Below, piece by piece: positions 52,385 to 64,000 of a DNA stretch of 64,000 nt. Origin of the DNA: Phoronis australis (lineage: Eukaryota; Animalia; Phoronida). The stretch covers positions 1,876,952 to 1,940,951 of the forward strand of contig NMRA01000001.1 of assembly GCA_002633005.1 (NCBI GenBank). The letters are read 5' to 3'. Position numbers and translations under genes: made by a program. The first letter of the stretch is position 1. The number at the start of each line of letters is the position of its first letter. The notes under the pieces are model-generated. The model was given only the letters and a program-made list of their open reading frames with translations. It had not been told where the DNA came from and ran no database searches.

Positions 52385-55300
52385 TCTTTTGACAGTGTGT
52401 ATATTTGTTGTCCTGTAGTGGTGCAGCTGTCAAAAGTAGAAATTTGTTGAGGTTTGTCCTATGGCAAAAACCAGGGAGGAAAACAGGTAAAAAATAACTA
52501 AATCATTTGAAAAATATCCAAAATTATTTGCTCTTAACATTTTTGGTGACACTTGTCAGTGCTCAGTGGTTTAAACCAAAGCTTTTTTGATAGTTTGTAA
52601 TTGAGAAGCCTTACATACAAAATGACTCTTATTTTAATTGTTAACCACTGATTTGCGAAATTACGCGTGAACAACTAATTATGCGCTTTTACCGTATTAT
52701 TTTCTCATTAATTCTCTGATTCAATTACTACTTGCTTTTAACTGGGATACCGTTTTCCAGAGATGTCTACAGTTGACTTAAAGAATTTCAATAATGCGGT
52801 GAATTAGAAAATATGGTGAGAAATACAGTGCCTTGGTTTTCCACAGTTGCATACAATTTTTGTGTAACCTTTCAATTTAAAGTTTTCTATTAATGTTCAA
52901 AAACAATGTTGAGTCAGTGAAAAACTTACTTTTACTTTTACTTATAACATCACGCGATCCATTTTACGACGTGGTAAGACGGTAAACACAAAAACATAAG
53001 TTTTCTACGCACAAGGTGGCTGACAAATGCAAGTTGAAAACTTAAAACTTTCTTTTGTTTATTAAGTGACATTTTGTCATCTATTATTAATCGGAAATTT
53101 GACTTTTGACAATGATTACAAAATTATTCAGCCAGCTCGTGTGTTTTGACTATCGGTCAGAATTGAGCTCCACTCCAGTTGCTGAGTTGCCAGCTCTCTT
53201 GTTTAATCATATGCACTGTACGTGCGTGTGATGCGGCAGCCAGCTTTGACCCAGCAGTGCAGACCATATATATTTCTATTACCTAGAAAACAAATGAATG
53301 TATTTCTATACTGTGTTGATGTCTGTACTCTTCTGCTGTACTGTTATAGCAATCAATTTGCTTGTCCGCTTCTAAAGTAAATTAAATGTCAAGGTCGCTT
53401 TTGAGTTACAAGTAAAAGTATTGGGGGTGTGAAAACACTATCGAGCACTGTTACTTTTACTGTTGATCAAAATGTAAAGCAAAAAAATCTAAAGCCCTCT
53501 AATGTTACTATGTGCACTTAAAGAAGACTGAGTCAAAATTGTAACATGTAGGCTAGTAAAAGTTGTCTTGGCAATTTTTTTGTTGACTCTTGAATTCAAA
53601 AGCCAAGATAATGTGCATGTTTGTCTTGAATTTTTATTTTTGTATATTTGTGTTCTATACTTTGTATCATGTGAGGTGGGGGAAATGAAACTGTTATCAT
53701 GGAAACTAATTTGTTCAGTCACAAACTCCGAACAAGTAACCGATTCATGTATGTATGTATGTATGTTGTGTTAACTGTGCTGTTTCTTGGACCTGATTTC
53801 TTGTCGAGCTGTTGATGGGTTTTGCATAACTGCTACTCCAGTCATTTACAGGGTTCCTGATTTTACGCACCAAGTTTTCTTCGCTGAATAACTGGCATTA
53901 ACTGATTCTCAAAATCTTGATTCCCTGTAAGTGACTATTGTCGTGTTAATAGAAATTGACACCTTTTGATACCAGAACCATCCTCAAATGTAACTATTAG
54001 TCGAGCCACGTTATATCAAACCTGGTTCATGAAGTTTATTCACTTAATGCATTCCGTTTCACAAGTTCCAGGCCAGCAAACTTTAGTTGCAACAATCATT
54101 CTAGAAAGACCCCATTGAGGGTTTGTTGTGGTGCAGTTTGATTGTAGTTATTTGGTTAATAGGTAGCCTTTTGAAAGTTGACTTTGCGTTGCAAGTGAGA
54201 TCCGTTAGCTGTTTTGTTGAGTCAAAGAACTCAAAAGAGTTGTTAACTAACTGAACGTCTCCTGCCCAGCTTTAGTTGATTATTAAAGGGGCGCTTTTTT
54301 GGATTGTTGAATGGTTTAGACTTCTTTGAATTTTTAGCTTTGGGCTTAGCTGTAAAACAACAAAATCCATTGGGATTTGTTAGAAATCGTTGATTCTCAC
54401 TGTTGTTTTCCAGCCATTTGCTGAAGGCTGGTGATTTCCAGTTAAACACACTTAAAAATGTTCTGCCAGTGTTATTTAGCTTTGCCAGCATAACTGCGAC
54501 TACTGAGGTTACACATTTGATTTCGCGCTTTTGGTGCCAATAATGTCAATCATAAGTTTCAGCCTATAGAAAAATTGTTCTTTGGATTGAAAAGTGATTT
54601 GTTCACACTTCGAACGGTTTGGAGTGTGTGTTTGGAGGTTCAACAGTGGTGCAATATAGTTCATCTTTTTATTATTGATAAGAAATCTGTGGCGATGAGT
54701 GCCATGTTAGCAACACTGGTAGCAACATTGTTGCGTAGGCAGTTTTAAGTTGCCATGGTTTGTTAGCGACTTCTGCAGGGAGTAGACATGTTATAATAGG
54801 CATCATTGCAAGTATGGGGTATTTGTGCCACTTGACTAATACTGGTAGGACCGTTATCTCATTAACGTCACAGAGATGTTTGAGCTTACTGTACTTTCTC
54901 AATAACTTCATAGCACATACTTTAGTGGCAGCATCTGTGTGACTTTAGAATACTGTTGTAAGTTCTCTGAAGGGCAGTCACAATTACAGCCAGTACTTCA
55001 GGTAATGTGTAATTGAAGTGTGTTAAATGAATTGAGCCGAGACAAAAGTTATGTTCAGCACAAGTTACTCATAAAGCCTGCGGGACTATGATCCTTTCAA
55101 TGTCTCTAAATGTGTTGTGATGGACTTTTTCTGCATGATTTATTTTATGTTAAGAGGTCATGATGTGATATGGTAACTGTTCAGTACTTCCTTTAGTAGA
55201 GCATAATAGTGCAGTAAGCTATTTATTCATCATGAAAGTGGAATGGTTTTGGGGTTATCTGACGTCATCTTGGAAAACTAGGATTATAGTATTACCGAGA

Positions 55301-58300
55301 CATTTGTTTTTCTCGAATTACTGTTTTACATTTACTTACTGGAGCCAGTTGAAGCAAGGACCGAGTTTGGAATTACTGATATTTTATTAAGGAGTACTAG
55401 ACTTAATATGGAAACACTGGAGTTGGGTATCAAGTGTTTAATTCCTTAGTAAGCAGAATTAGTAACATTTTGTGTAATTACGGCTGGCATGTTATCAGTT
55501 GGATTTTGTGAAACTAATTGTGATGTATTCACTGTAAATTGTGAATTATCATGTCTTTGTCTTGTTCTGTGTAAGTTAGTGCAAATCAGTGTGTATTTCT
55601 GTTATACTATATAGAGTTGTCAAACGAGTCTTACTGTGTTTTATGTACAGTGTTTCAATGGGTCTCACTCTGGTCTCGTTCTGTGCATTCACATAGGTTT
55701 GCCTTGTTATGTGACAATCCAGTGTATTTATCACCTTATAATTCTTCATATACCGTATGGAAATATAAACTGAGTAAAAAATATTCCTCGTATTATTTCT
55801 AACCTCGAAGAAGTTCCATTTTAAATTCATATTTCAATATTTTGTTTGTCTTCCAAACTAAGCTATTGCTGAACACATTCAAGTTGAAATGATGCACCTT
55901 TTTGCTACCCCCACTACGCAGTACTGCGTACATATGGATTGTGACATCACCTGTGTTGAACACAAACTTGTCTCTTCAAATGTACACCTTGTGACAATGA
56001 GAGTTTCCTCATGTTTTCACCCTCAATGCAACCTGATGTGTTGCCAAAAGTACACTGCACAGTGACATGGGGGGTGCTGCAATTTCCTCAGCCATGAGGA
56101 CTGGTTAGTCCAGAATCCCACAGAGAACAAGCATTTCCCTTTGAGGTTACTGTGACTTTTGAAGTCATTGAAATCTTGATATTTAAAACTGCCTTTGCAT
56201 TTCAGGAGATAGTCAAAGAAATTCAGTCACAAGTTGAGATCAGTTTTCCAGCAGATTGTGATCTAAATCATAAGTTGTATTTATTTAAGTGTACTGTGGT
56301 TTATACAGTAACTCAGTAGTTGCTTACCTCAGAAATAATTCTCAAAACTCATATTTTAAAATGATTAAAATCACTATTTTTTTCTTAACGTGTGATAACT
56401 GAGTGCCATAACCAGAAACGCAAGAGTTTCATGACAGTTGTACAGTTAAAAGTGCAATGAACAAAAAATTGATTTAGATCTAATACCATTATAAAGTCGG
56501 TCTATTCTTGTTTCCTTGTTTCTTACACAGATTAGAAATAACTTCTGAGACTTGAGAAGAACCCAAACTGCTTAAAACCCGACTCATAAACTTGTCATGC
56601 AAGCACAAAAAAATTGATTCATTCCAAGTATTAATCAGTTCTAATCTTAGCAAAGGAATAAACACACCAGATTCATAGCCGTGAGAGGTATGAATCAAAA
56701 GTTAAGATTATCTGAAGTATTTTTCTTGACAAATTTTTTCAATAAACTAACACATTTCTGCCAAATTGTCTTCATAAAGCGGTATCGTCAAGAATTACTG
56801 TAATATCAAATTGCAGGGGAAAATGTCCAAATTTGGCGAACTTTGGAATATCATATCACAAAAATGGAAGATTGAACTGAAACTTTTACACTCTGCTTCA
56901 GGAAGTTCTCCAATGCACTGTTGGGGATTATTTTAAAAATATTCCACTAAGTTTTTTATGTAAAATTATCAAAAGCTTGATAAAACAAAAACGAAATCAT
57001 AATAAACTGTAACAGCATTTTTGAAATTTCATCTTGGAACATTTACGTTAAATGAAATTTGGTCATGAATATACGTTTCTTTTTTGTAAAGTTTTACTAA
57101 AAAGACATTGTGATCCAAACAATGGCAGATTAATAATAAGTCAAAAACCAAATTCAAAAGGCTTTCTGCTTATACTTTCATTGACTAATGGTCTGTAGTT
57201 ATGTGGATATTTACTTAAATACACAAACTCGTCAATAAGGTCTTGCATAACCTTCAACAGGAGAAACACGAATCTTTTTAATAAATAACCAAGCATCTGC
57301 CAGGCACCAGAAACCTTCCCTCTGAAAATTTAATGCAAAGAATTCATTTCATCAAATGAAAGTCCGTAGCCAAAACCCAAAGGAAATCTCCAGTAACGGG
57401 AAATGATAAAGAAGACACATTTTTCTTGCAACAAGCGTCATTCACAGCACAACTAGTACAGGATACCCTTGAAGATTTCAAAATGATATTTAACAAATCT
57501 TCGAAATTACAGTATAACCATCCTGACGTTACTGGACCTCTGTGTTTACTCGCACAATGATTTACAATTCATGTTGGTACAATCTAGCAACACTCGGAGA
57601 TCTAGGACCCGTTTTATCAAAGATTGTAATTCTGGTCTTTGCCAAGACACTCATACCTTGAACATTTATTGGGAAACGAGTTATTCAAATACTTCACGAA
57701 GACGGGCGCTTAGCTTGATTGTGAGCTTTGATCAGGTTACTCCAGTAGCAATCACTTCACACATAAATAATGCAGTGCGCATCACCTACACAAAACATTC
57801 CTACGACAATCTTAGCTACGACCAGATTTACGATCTGGTTAAACAGTCCCTGGACCAGTACAGGTACATACTAGCTCCGGTAACATACAAATCATCATCA
57901 CGAAAACAAGTATACCATTCTATCACTAATTGCACAATTAAACAAAAAATATCAATTTACACACAGTTTCCTCCCATAATTCAACACCATCTCGACATAG
58001 CTACCAATTCAAATAGCATCCACTTTGCCAATGCATGTTAATACGGTTGCGAGCTTTCTCCAAAATCCTTATGAGATCTGGTCTTTCACTAAAATGCTCA
58101 TCACAAACTCAAAAGATACTGGCCTTATGGAATATAGACTTCAGTTAATCTAAATGTGCATTCACTCCAGTCACGTAAGGTTCAATATGATCCCATTGAA
58201 TGTGTTGAATTTGTCTACTTCTACACAAGCCAAATGCATACAATGGTGTTGCTTGATACAAAAAAGTGGTTTTAAGCTTCGGTTACTGTTCATGACTCAC

Positions 58301-58435
58301 TCTACACAGCCCGTCCTAGCTGGGTTTCGGCCCTCACATTCTCATTTATGTTCACACATTACCACATGAACACATGGGATTTTTCACGTAATTACACTTG
58401 GACTTGACCATTCCTGTACCTATTCCCAAATCCTT

Positions 58436-61400
58436 TCATGAAGATGCAGCCAGAGCCAGTGTTGGCTTGACTCCAGGTACTGTGTTCAACTCATCCACCT
58501 TAGTTCTCTGTATGTGAAATGCGGGTGTCACCCACTGTCCACATGGACACCGTTCGCCAACCCAGTTGAATGAGCCTAGCTTGCCATCACATTTGGGACA
58601 ATTCAACTAAAAGTACACAAAAGCCATTTTCCAACATGTTATTCAAGCTTACAAAGTTCAAATTAGCATGCCGTGGTTTTGAAAATTTTGCTAATTATCT
58701 ATAACTTAAAATAAGAACAGAAATGGTTGCAACTTGTTTATTTAAGTCTGCTTCAAACACATGAACAGCCTTGGTTTTGCATCAAGTTTCACAAGTTAAA
58801 AGTAAAAACATGCTTGTGAGATTATAATTCAAATTCTAACCTTGACATGCCTTTGAGACAAGTTTACATTCCAACCTACAGATTTTGTTTTTTCTTTTGG
58901 TCCTTGACATTTGTCCTGAAGTGTCAAAATCTGTCAGGACATTTTGAAAGTCAGCCAGACAAAATTTGCCATTGGAGTATGGTGACCAAACTTTGGCTCA
59001 ATAGTGGAAACCAATGAATTTGAAAGGAGTGATTTTTTGCCATGAATGGTCAAGTTTGTAACAAACATGATAGGCAAAGGGAGCGAATTCTGTCTACACT
59101 ATTACCACAAACGAATCGGCCAAATGTCTGGACTAAAGTAAAATAAATCATACACTCTGAAAATAAATCACACCCAGTCGAATGGCCAATGCTTTACAAA
59201 ATGTCTACTAACCCTGACTTACCTTTCCTTCAATCACAGAAATACAATTCTTCATCCACTTTAATGGTTCAACAAACAATGACTGCCTACAGGTACCGCC
59301 CTCGCATTCTATCCCATCGTGCTTCATTACTTTCAGCCTCCAATCAAACGCTGCCTCACCAGCACCAATACTGTGGTCCATGACAGACCCCGAGCGAAAC
59401 AAGACTCGTCGGCATCTCCTGCACTTAAACGTGTGTCCATGACTCACATTTGGGTTCACAGCAGGATCAGCCGTCATCATGTCCTCAGGCACATCACAGA
59501 CGGACTTTGCTGAAGGAGAGAAAAAACGTCAAATAATTCCACTTCAATACTACAATTGAGTCTTTGTGTCTACCGCCTTATGCAAAAAACTACAACCAAA
59601 CACAAGCCTAAAAAAAGCAGCGATATTTTCCTTCTGTAAATAATTGGTCCATTCATTTTAGATACACCGGCCACAAGGTAAACCAAAGTTAAGAAAGCAA
59701 AATGTGTATTACGTGATTTTTATCCCAACCAGTTCTTACCTATTTGAATCTGTAAAGACAACAGGGTCAACTTAAACCTCTTGAATGCCCAGTGTGCTGG
59801 ATCCACCTTATAGTTCATAGACTCATAAATTTGCAGTTGCTTCATGAACCCATCATTGGGACTAGAATACAAACAGACGTAATACAATACAACATAATAC
59901 AATACAACATAATACAATACAACATAATACAATATAATGTAGCCAACACATTACACCCAACAAAACCAAAAAGAAACATATTGTGGCATTTGAACAAAGA
60001 TCCTTACTGGCAAATCAATTAAAACTAAATGTACAATCTTCATTTTGTCCTGCCCATAAATCCTCATTTGACAACTACAATGTCTAAATATTCTTTATTC
60101 ACAAAAGAATAATAGAAACAAGATGGCATTGTTAAAAATTTTTGGTATTTCACGACCAACCAATTTCCCTATTGCGAGGAGGTTCAGACTTCTCAACATA
60201 TATTTTACAACTGCTTCTGCATTAAATAAAGTTTTTAACTTACGTATTGAACAGTCTTCAAATCAAGTTTTAGTTTGTTTCTTTGGCAGAGGAAGTGAAG
60301 TCTTCAATACCATAGAAACTCCTGCTCAATACTATATTTCTACTTCATAAAGGCATGGGTCTCTGTTTGAGACTGTCAACATTAGTATACTTAAAATCTC
60401 AATAACATAAGTTGTCATTAAAATTTTCCATGTAGTTAAGCCTATAAGTAGATGTAAATATAAACTTACTTATTCAGTTAGAGTGGTGCAAGTGTGAATC
60501 AATGTATGACCGTCCTTTCCCTTACACTTCCTTCCACCCTTCTTCTATAATAATCTCACGTCAATTTTACATCCAGTCACAAGTGTGATTCAACATGATC
60601 ATTTGTTCTGTATTATGTATTGTTATTTTTATTGTAAGGGCACATAACTGGGGCCATCCAACCCCAGTCATATTCACTAAAATGGTTTCTGGGTAAATAA
60701 AATGCCCAAATAGCCATTGAAGTAACTAACTGCTCTTATTCATACTCGTCCCAATAAAAACATGAGTATGTACACGCATAGGTACAGATATATACAAGAA
60801 GTACAGGTGTGATATTTAATAGTTATAGCTACAGTGCACAAGTGACAAAATGCTACCTGTAACATTAAAGAGAATTACAAACAAAAATTAAAGTTAATCA
60901 TTCAAATCTTCCAAACTCCCTATAATAGTTGTCACAAAGCAATTAGCAGTGTCTCAACCAGACACTGGGTTTGTACAAGCAACGACGGCAAAAGGTTGGC
61001 ATGAAACACAGCAGTAACTTCAACGAACGCAGGCAAAAATGGATATCTTAAAATCACCTGATATCTGGCTTTAACTTCTTCACGTGTTGAAAAGCATCAC
61101 TGACTGACATCTGTGAAGTATGCATCAAATATCCTATGGCCACCGTGGCACTACGGGAAACTCCATGGCGGCTACAAAGATAAAGATGGATGTTAGACGA
61201 CGACGTGATTGAATAAAGGAAAGGTACCACAAAATATGTCAGGTGGAATAGATTAACAATTTAGGTAGACTAGATGCAGCTGCAATATTACGTTATACAA
61301 CCAAACCTTTCAATAATGTTGGTTTTAGGCCACACAATTTCAATAATGTTGGTTTTGGGCCACACAATTTCAATAATGTTGGTTTTAGGCCACACAATTT

Positions 61401-63848
61401 CAATAATGTTGGTTTTAGGCCACACAATTTCAATAATGTTGGTTTTAGGCCACACAATTTCAATGAAATTGACAAGTGAGCCTCTACTGCAAGGTTCGAA
61501 AAAAACCTAACAAGTTCCGTAAGAATGACATTTGACAGGATTGTACAAGGTTATTTGATACAATATTCAGTTTCTGTTTAATGTTATCATGTATGTAGAC
61601 ATACAAGACCAGGCTGGGTAATTTTGTAATAAACTGAACCATTCAGCTGAACCCATCAAGCTATGCATACTTTCTAACGTCCTGCGAATCGTCAACATCA
61701 CATCTCCTGTTCATGTCATTCAAGACGCGTATTAAATCATTGACTTTGTTCAGTTAAAAATTACAAAGAAACGACAATCCACTTGCTGACTGCAAGATAA
61801 CTAAGAATGCTTTCACCTTTCGCATCACTCTCCCTGGCCAAGGCTGATTGAATCAGTCTATTTCATTATTGGCATCTGACATTTTAAACACAGCATAAAA
61901 AATACATGGAAGAGATGTGTTAGTTTCCTAATTCACCAACTGTAGCAATATGACAAAAATTGTGATTCTTGCATGACACAAGAATCATTCTGGCGCATGC
62001 ATTTGACAATAATGAGTTACAAAGAACGCTTCACTTGTGTCAAGTGTGGTCACGACGAACAATGCCTAAAAATTTTTCAACAGCTCTTCTGGAATGTAAG
62101 GTAAGAATGACACGATTGGTTAATGGTGTATTCCCTGGAAACGAGACGGGCTCATTAATAAAATATAGCACATATATATGTATATGTATATCTACATGTA
62201 CATGTATATTTTGGTAGTAGACCTTCTTTAATACATGTTTCATTGAAAAGTAAGCTGTTCTTGGCCTTAGATAGTTTGTTCAACAAAGTTTCGTATTGTC
62301 TACATAAATGTCTTTAGTCAGATGGCAGTTGAAATAGTAGATCACCGAGTGTAAGTGGAATCACAAACACAAATATATAAGTATATATAAAATAAAACAC
62401 TGTGCAGAACATTTCATAGTAAAACACTTGCTGTACTTCGACTAAACTTCAGTCATCCAAGACAAATGAATTTAAAATTATAAACAAGAACAATGACTTT
62501 AAACACGAATATAAGGAAGCATATATAAGAGCGCAATTTCTTTCACAAGGAATTGTCATCGGAACTAAGCTACTATAAAATGTTGTAAAATTTAATGAAA
62601 TACATAGGTATTACAAAACATGGACAGTATTTATGTAACAACAAGGTACGATGGAACCAAGTATCTTGGGAATTTATGTAAGGAGTTTCAATTTTTATTA
62701 TTAAAGCTTCGACAATTTTCAGATGAAAGATATCCCGTTCGAAATACCTAACAATAGTATTGTCCACGTTGTCAGAACAGGACATTTTCTTTTTGTGGAG
62801 TGTTTGAAAGTGATCTTTAATGGAACCATTTTGCAGATGCATAGATAACAGGAGAGATAAAATTCAAGTTGTATAGCCAACATATCTTAAACAATCAGTG
62901 TTAGAACGAATACATTGAACAGATAAAACAATACGAAAGTTTGTTGAACAAACTATCTAAAACCAAGAACAGCTTACTTTTCAATGAAACATGTATATGT
63001 ATTTCTATATGTATATGTATTTGTATACGTAATTGTATATGTATATGTATTTGTACATGAATTTGTTTATGTATATGTATTTGAATATGTAAATGTATTT
63101 GTATATGTACATGTATTTTGTAAATAGAGCTTTCAGTTTTCCCTACACGTATTCAAACATGGTGCTGCATCATGTTTGAAAAATTTTGCACCATGTTTGG
63201 AAGTCTTGAGCAATATTTGAAAAGCTCTGAGCCATGTTTGAAATCTAAAGCCACGTTTAAACAGCGTGGGTTTATATGATTCATACGACAAGTGATTGAA
63301 ATAGATTGCATGGTGGTATTTAATTCTAATCTGTTCTTTTGCTTTGTAAAACCAATAACAGCGTGTTCAGCAAGTGAAAGTATTGTGAAACTCTACCGTC
63401 GTTGTTTCTGAGATCAGTAGAAAAGAAAATTTGGATGCAAAAACTTGACGCACAAATTACAGGGCTTGGAATGAAAAAAAAAACATTTCCAGGTGATGCA
63501 TCATTCCACAATAAATAGGCTTATGTGGTAGAAATATTTTTGGTTGTAAAATTTAATAGAGACAAAAAAGAGCAAACTGGCAATCAAATAAGAAGAAATC
63601 GAAACCAAAAAAGAGGAAGACCTCTTAAAAGAGGAAAATTACAAGCCCTGAAATAATACCATGTTTCAATTTTTGAAAGAGAGAACCATGCGCCTTCGGT
63701 TCACAGAATATGACACCTACCAATGAACAAGAGCCTTGCCTCCACTGTTACGAGCCTCATTAAGAAAGTTAGCACATGAGTCAAAATGGCTGAGTAGGTC
63801 ATCCAGTTCTGTATCACAGGCTTGTATCCACTTACATGTATAGATATC
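58436..63848 (-). CDS. DUSP12: Dual specificity phosphatase 12 (YVH1 ortholog), 5'-partial; exons 63848-63721, 61171-61058, 59861-59740, 59509-59223, 58606-58436
   Basis: Joined exons read DLLSHFDSCANFL...ALVHC|RHGVSRSATVAIGYLM...PNDGFMKQL; C-terminal zinc-binding domain FKCRRCRRVLF...H...C.SLFVEPLKWM...EGK|LNCPKCDGKLGSFNWVGERCPCGQWVTPAFHIQRTKVD. All introns are GT-AG and in phase. Confidence 0.95.
59880..59938. repeat. Tandem repeat, 15-bp unit AATACAATACAACAT, about 4 copies, next to a DUSP12 splice acceptor
   Basis: Directly visible. Confidence 0.9.
61308..61465. repeat. Minisatellite, 30-bp unit TTTCAATAATGTTGGTTTTAGGCCACACAA, about 5.2 copies
   Basis: Head-to-tail copies with one substitution and no spacers. 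Confidence 0.97.
62225..62996 (-). mobile_element. 5'-truncated Penelope-like retroelement (possibly Naiad-like) with inverted terminal partial repeat
   Basis: Minus strand RYVGYTT*ILS..MHLQNGSIKDH...HLKIVEALIIK..P.INSQ (GIY-YIG). About 69-bp inverted repeats at 62231-62299 and 62928-62996 encode LNKLSK.KNSLLFNETC. Flanked by TATATG/TACATG microsatellite. Confidence 0.8.
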
Positions 63849-64000
63849 CTGGCCAAATAAAGCAATTTGTAATTCACATAAATAACATCTGAAAGAAGCC
63901 GTGGTTAGACAATAGACATTACAGTAACAAATTCTTCAATTTAGGAGAAAAACAATTGCTAAAATTGCCATATTTCTATTTTTCAGAGGCTTACCACATT

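Noticed and set aside
57571-58041. 156-aa ORF between SGPP and DUSP12
   Set aside because: No recognisable motif or splice structure; lies antisense to the probable DUSP12 3' region.
61308-61465. 30-bp repeats of CRISPR-like length
   Set aside because: Units are contiguous with no unique spacers, there are no cas genes, and the context is a eukaryotic intron; it is a minisatellite.
62866-62868. In-frame TGA after YVGYTT in the Penelope endonuclease as possible selenocysteine
   Set aside because: The copy is truncated and decayed and no SECIS was recognised, so a nonsense mutation is simpler. Only a family consensus retaining TGA would revive the idea.

Overview
AT-rich, intron-containing animal genomic DNA, probably a marine invertebrate; the taxon cannot be fixed from sequence alone. 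There are two N gaps. Five protein-coding genes are supported: (1) the last exon of a cytoplasmic-type actin (+); (2) a multi-exon TSTD2/TrhO-family rhodanese gene (+, about 9.8-35.8 kb, first exon not located); (3) an intact, intronless 787-aa RING/B-box/coiled-coil/NHL (TRIM-NHL-like) gene nested antisense in a TSTD2 intron; (4) a 3-exon sphingosine-1-phosphate phosphatase (SGPP, +); (5) the 3' five exons of DUSP12/YVH1 (-). Non-coding DNA is dense with mobile-element remnants: TTAA-flanked Kolobok-type elements (one a foldback with a decayed THAP/transposase N-terminus), Tc2/pogo-like and hAT-like elements (8-bp and 5-bp TSDs), two solo LTRs, Helentron/HINE-like elements carrying arrays of CTCF-consensus motifs, Penelope-like fragments (GIY-YIG remnants, a variant hammerhead-like motif and a 79-bp hairpin), a LINE RT remnant and a tRNA-derived SINE. 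No prokaryote-type system is present. The best novelty candidates are the nested TRIM-like gene with atypical domain content, the THAP foldback element, the CTCF-motif arrays and the U3:A8 hammerhead-like motif. All coordinates were read by eye and may be off by a few bases.
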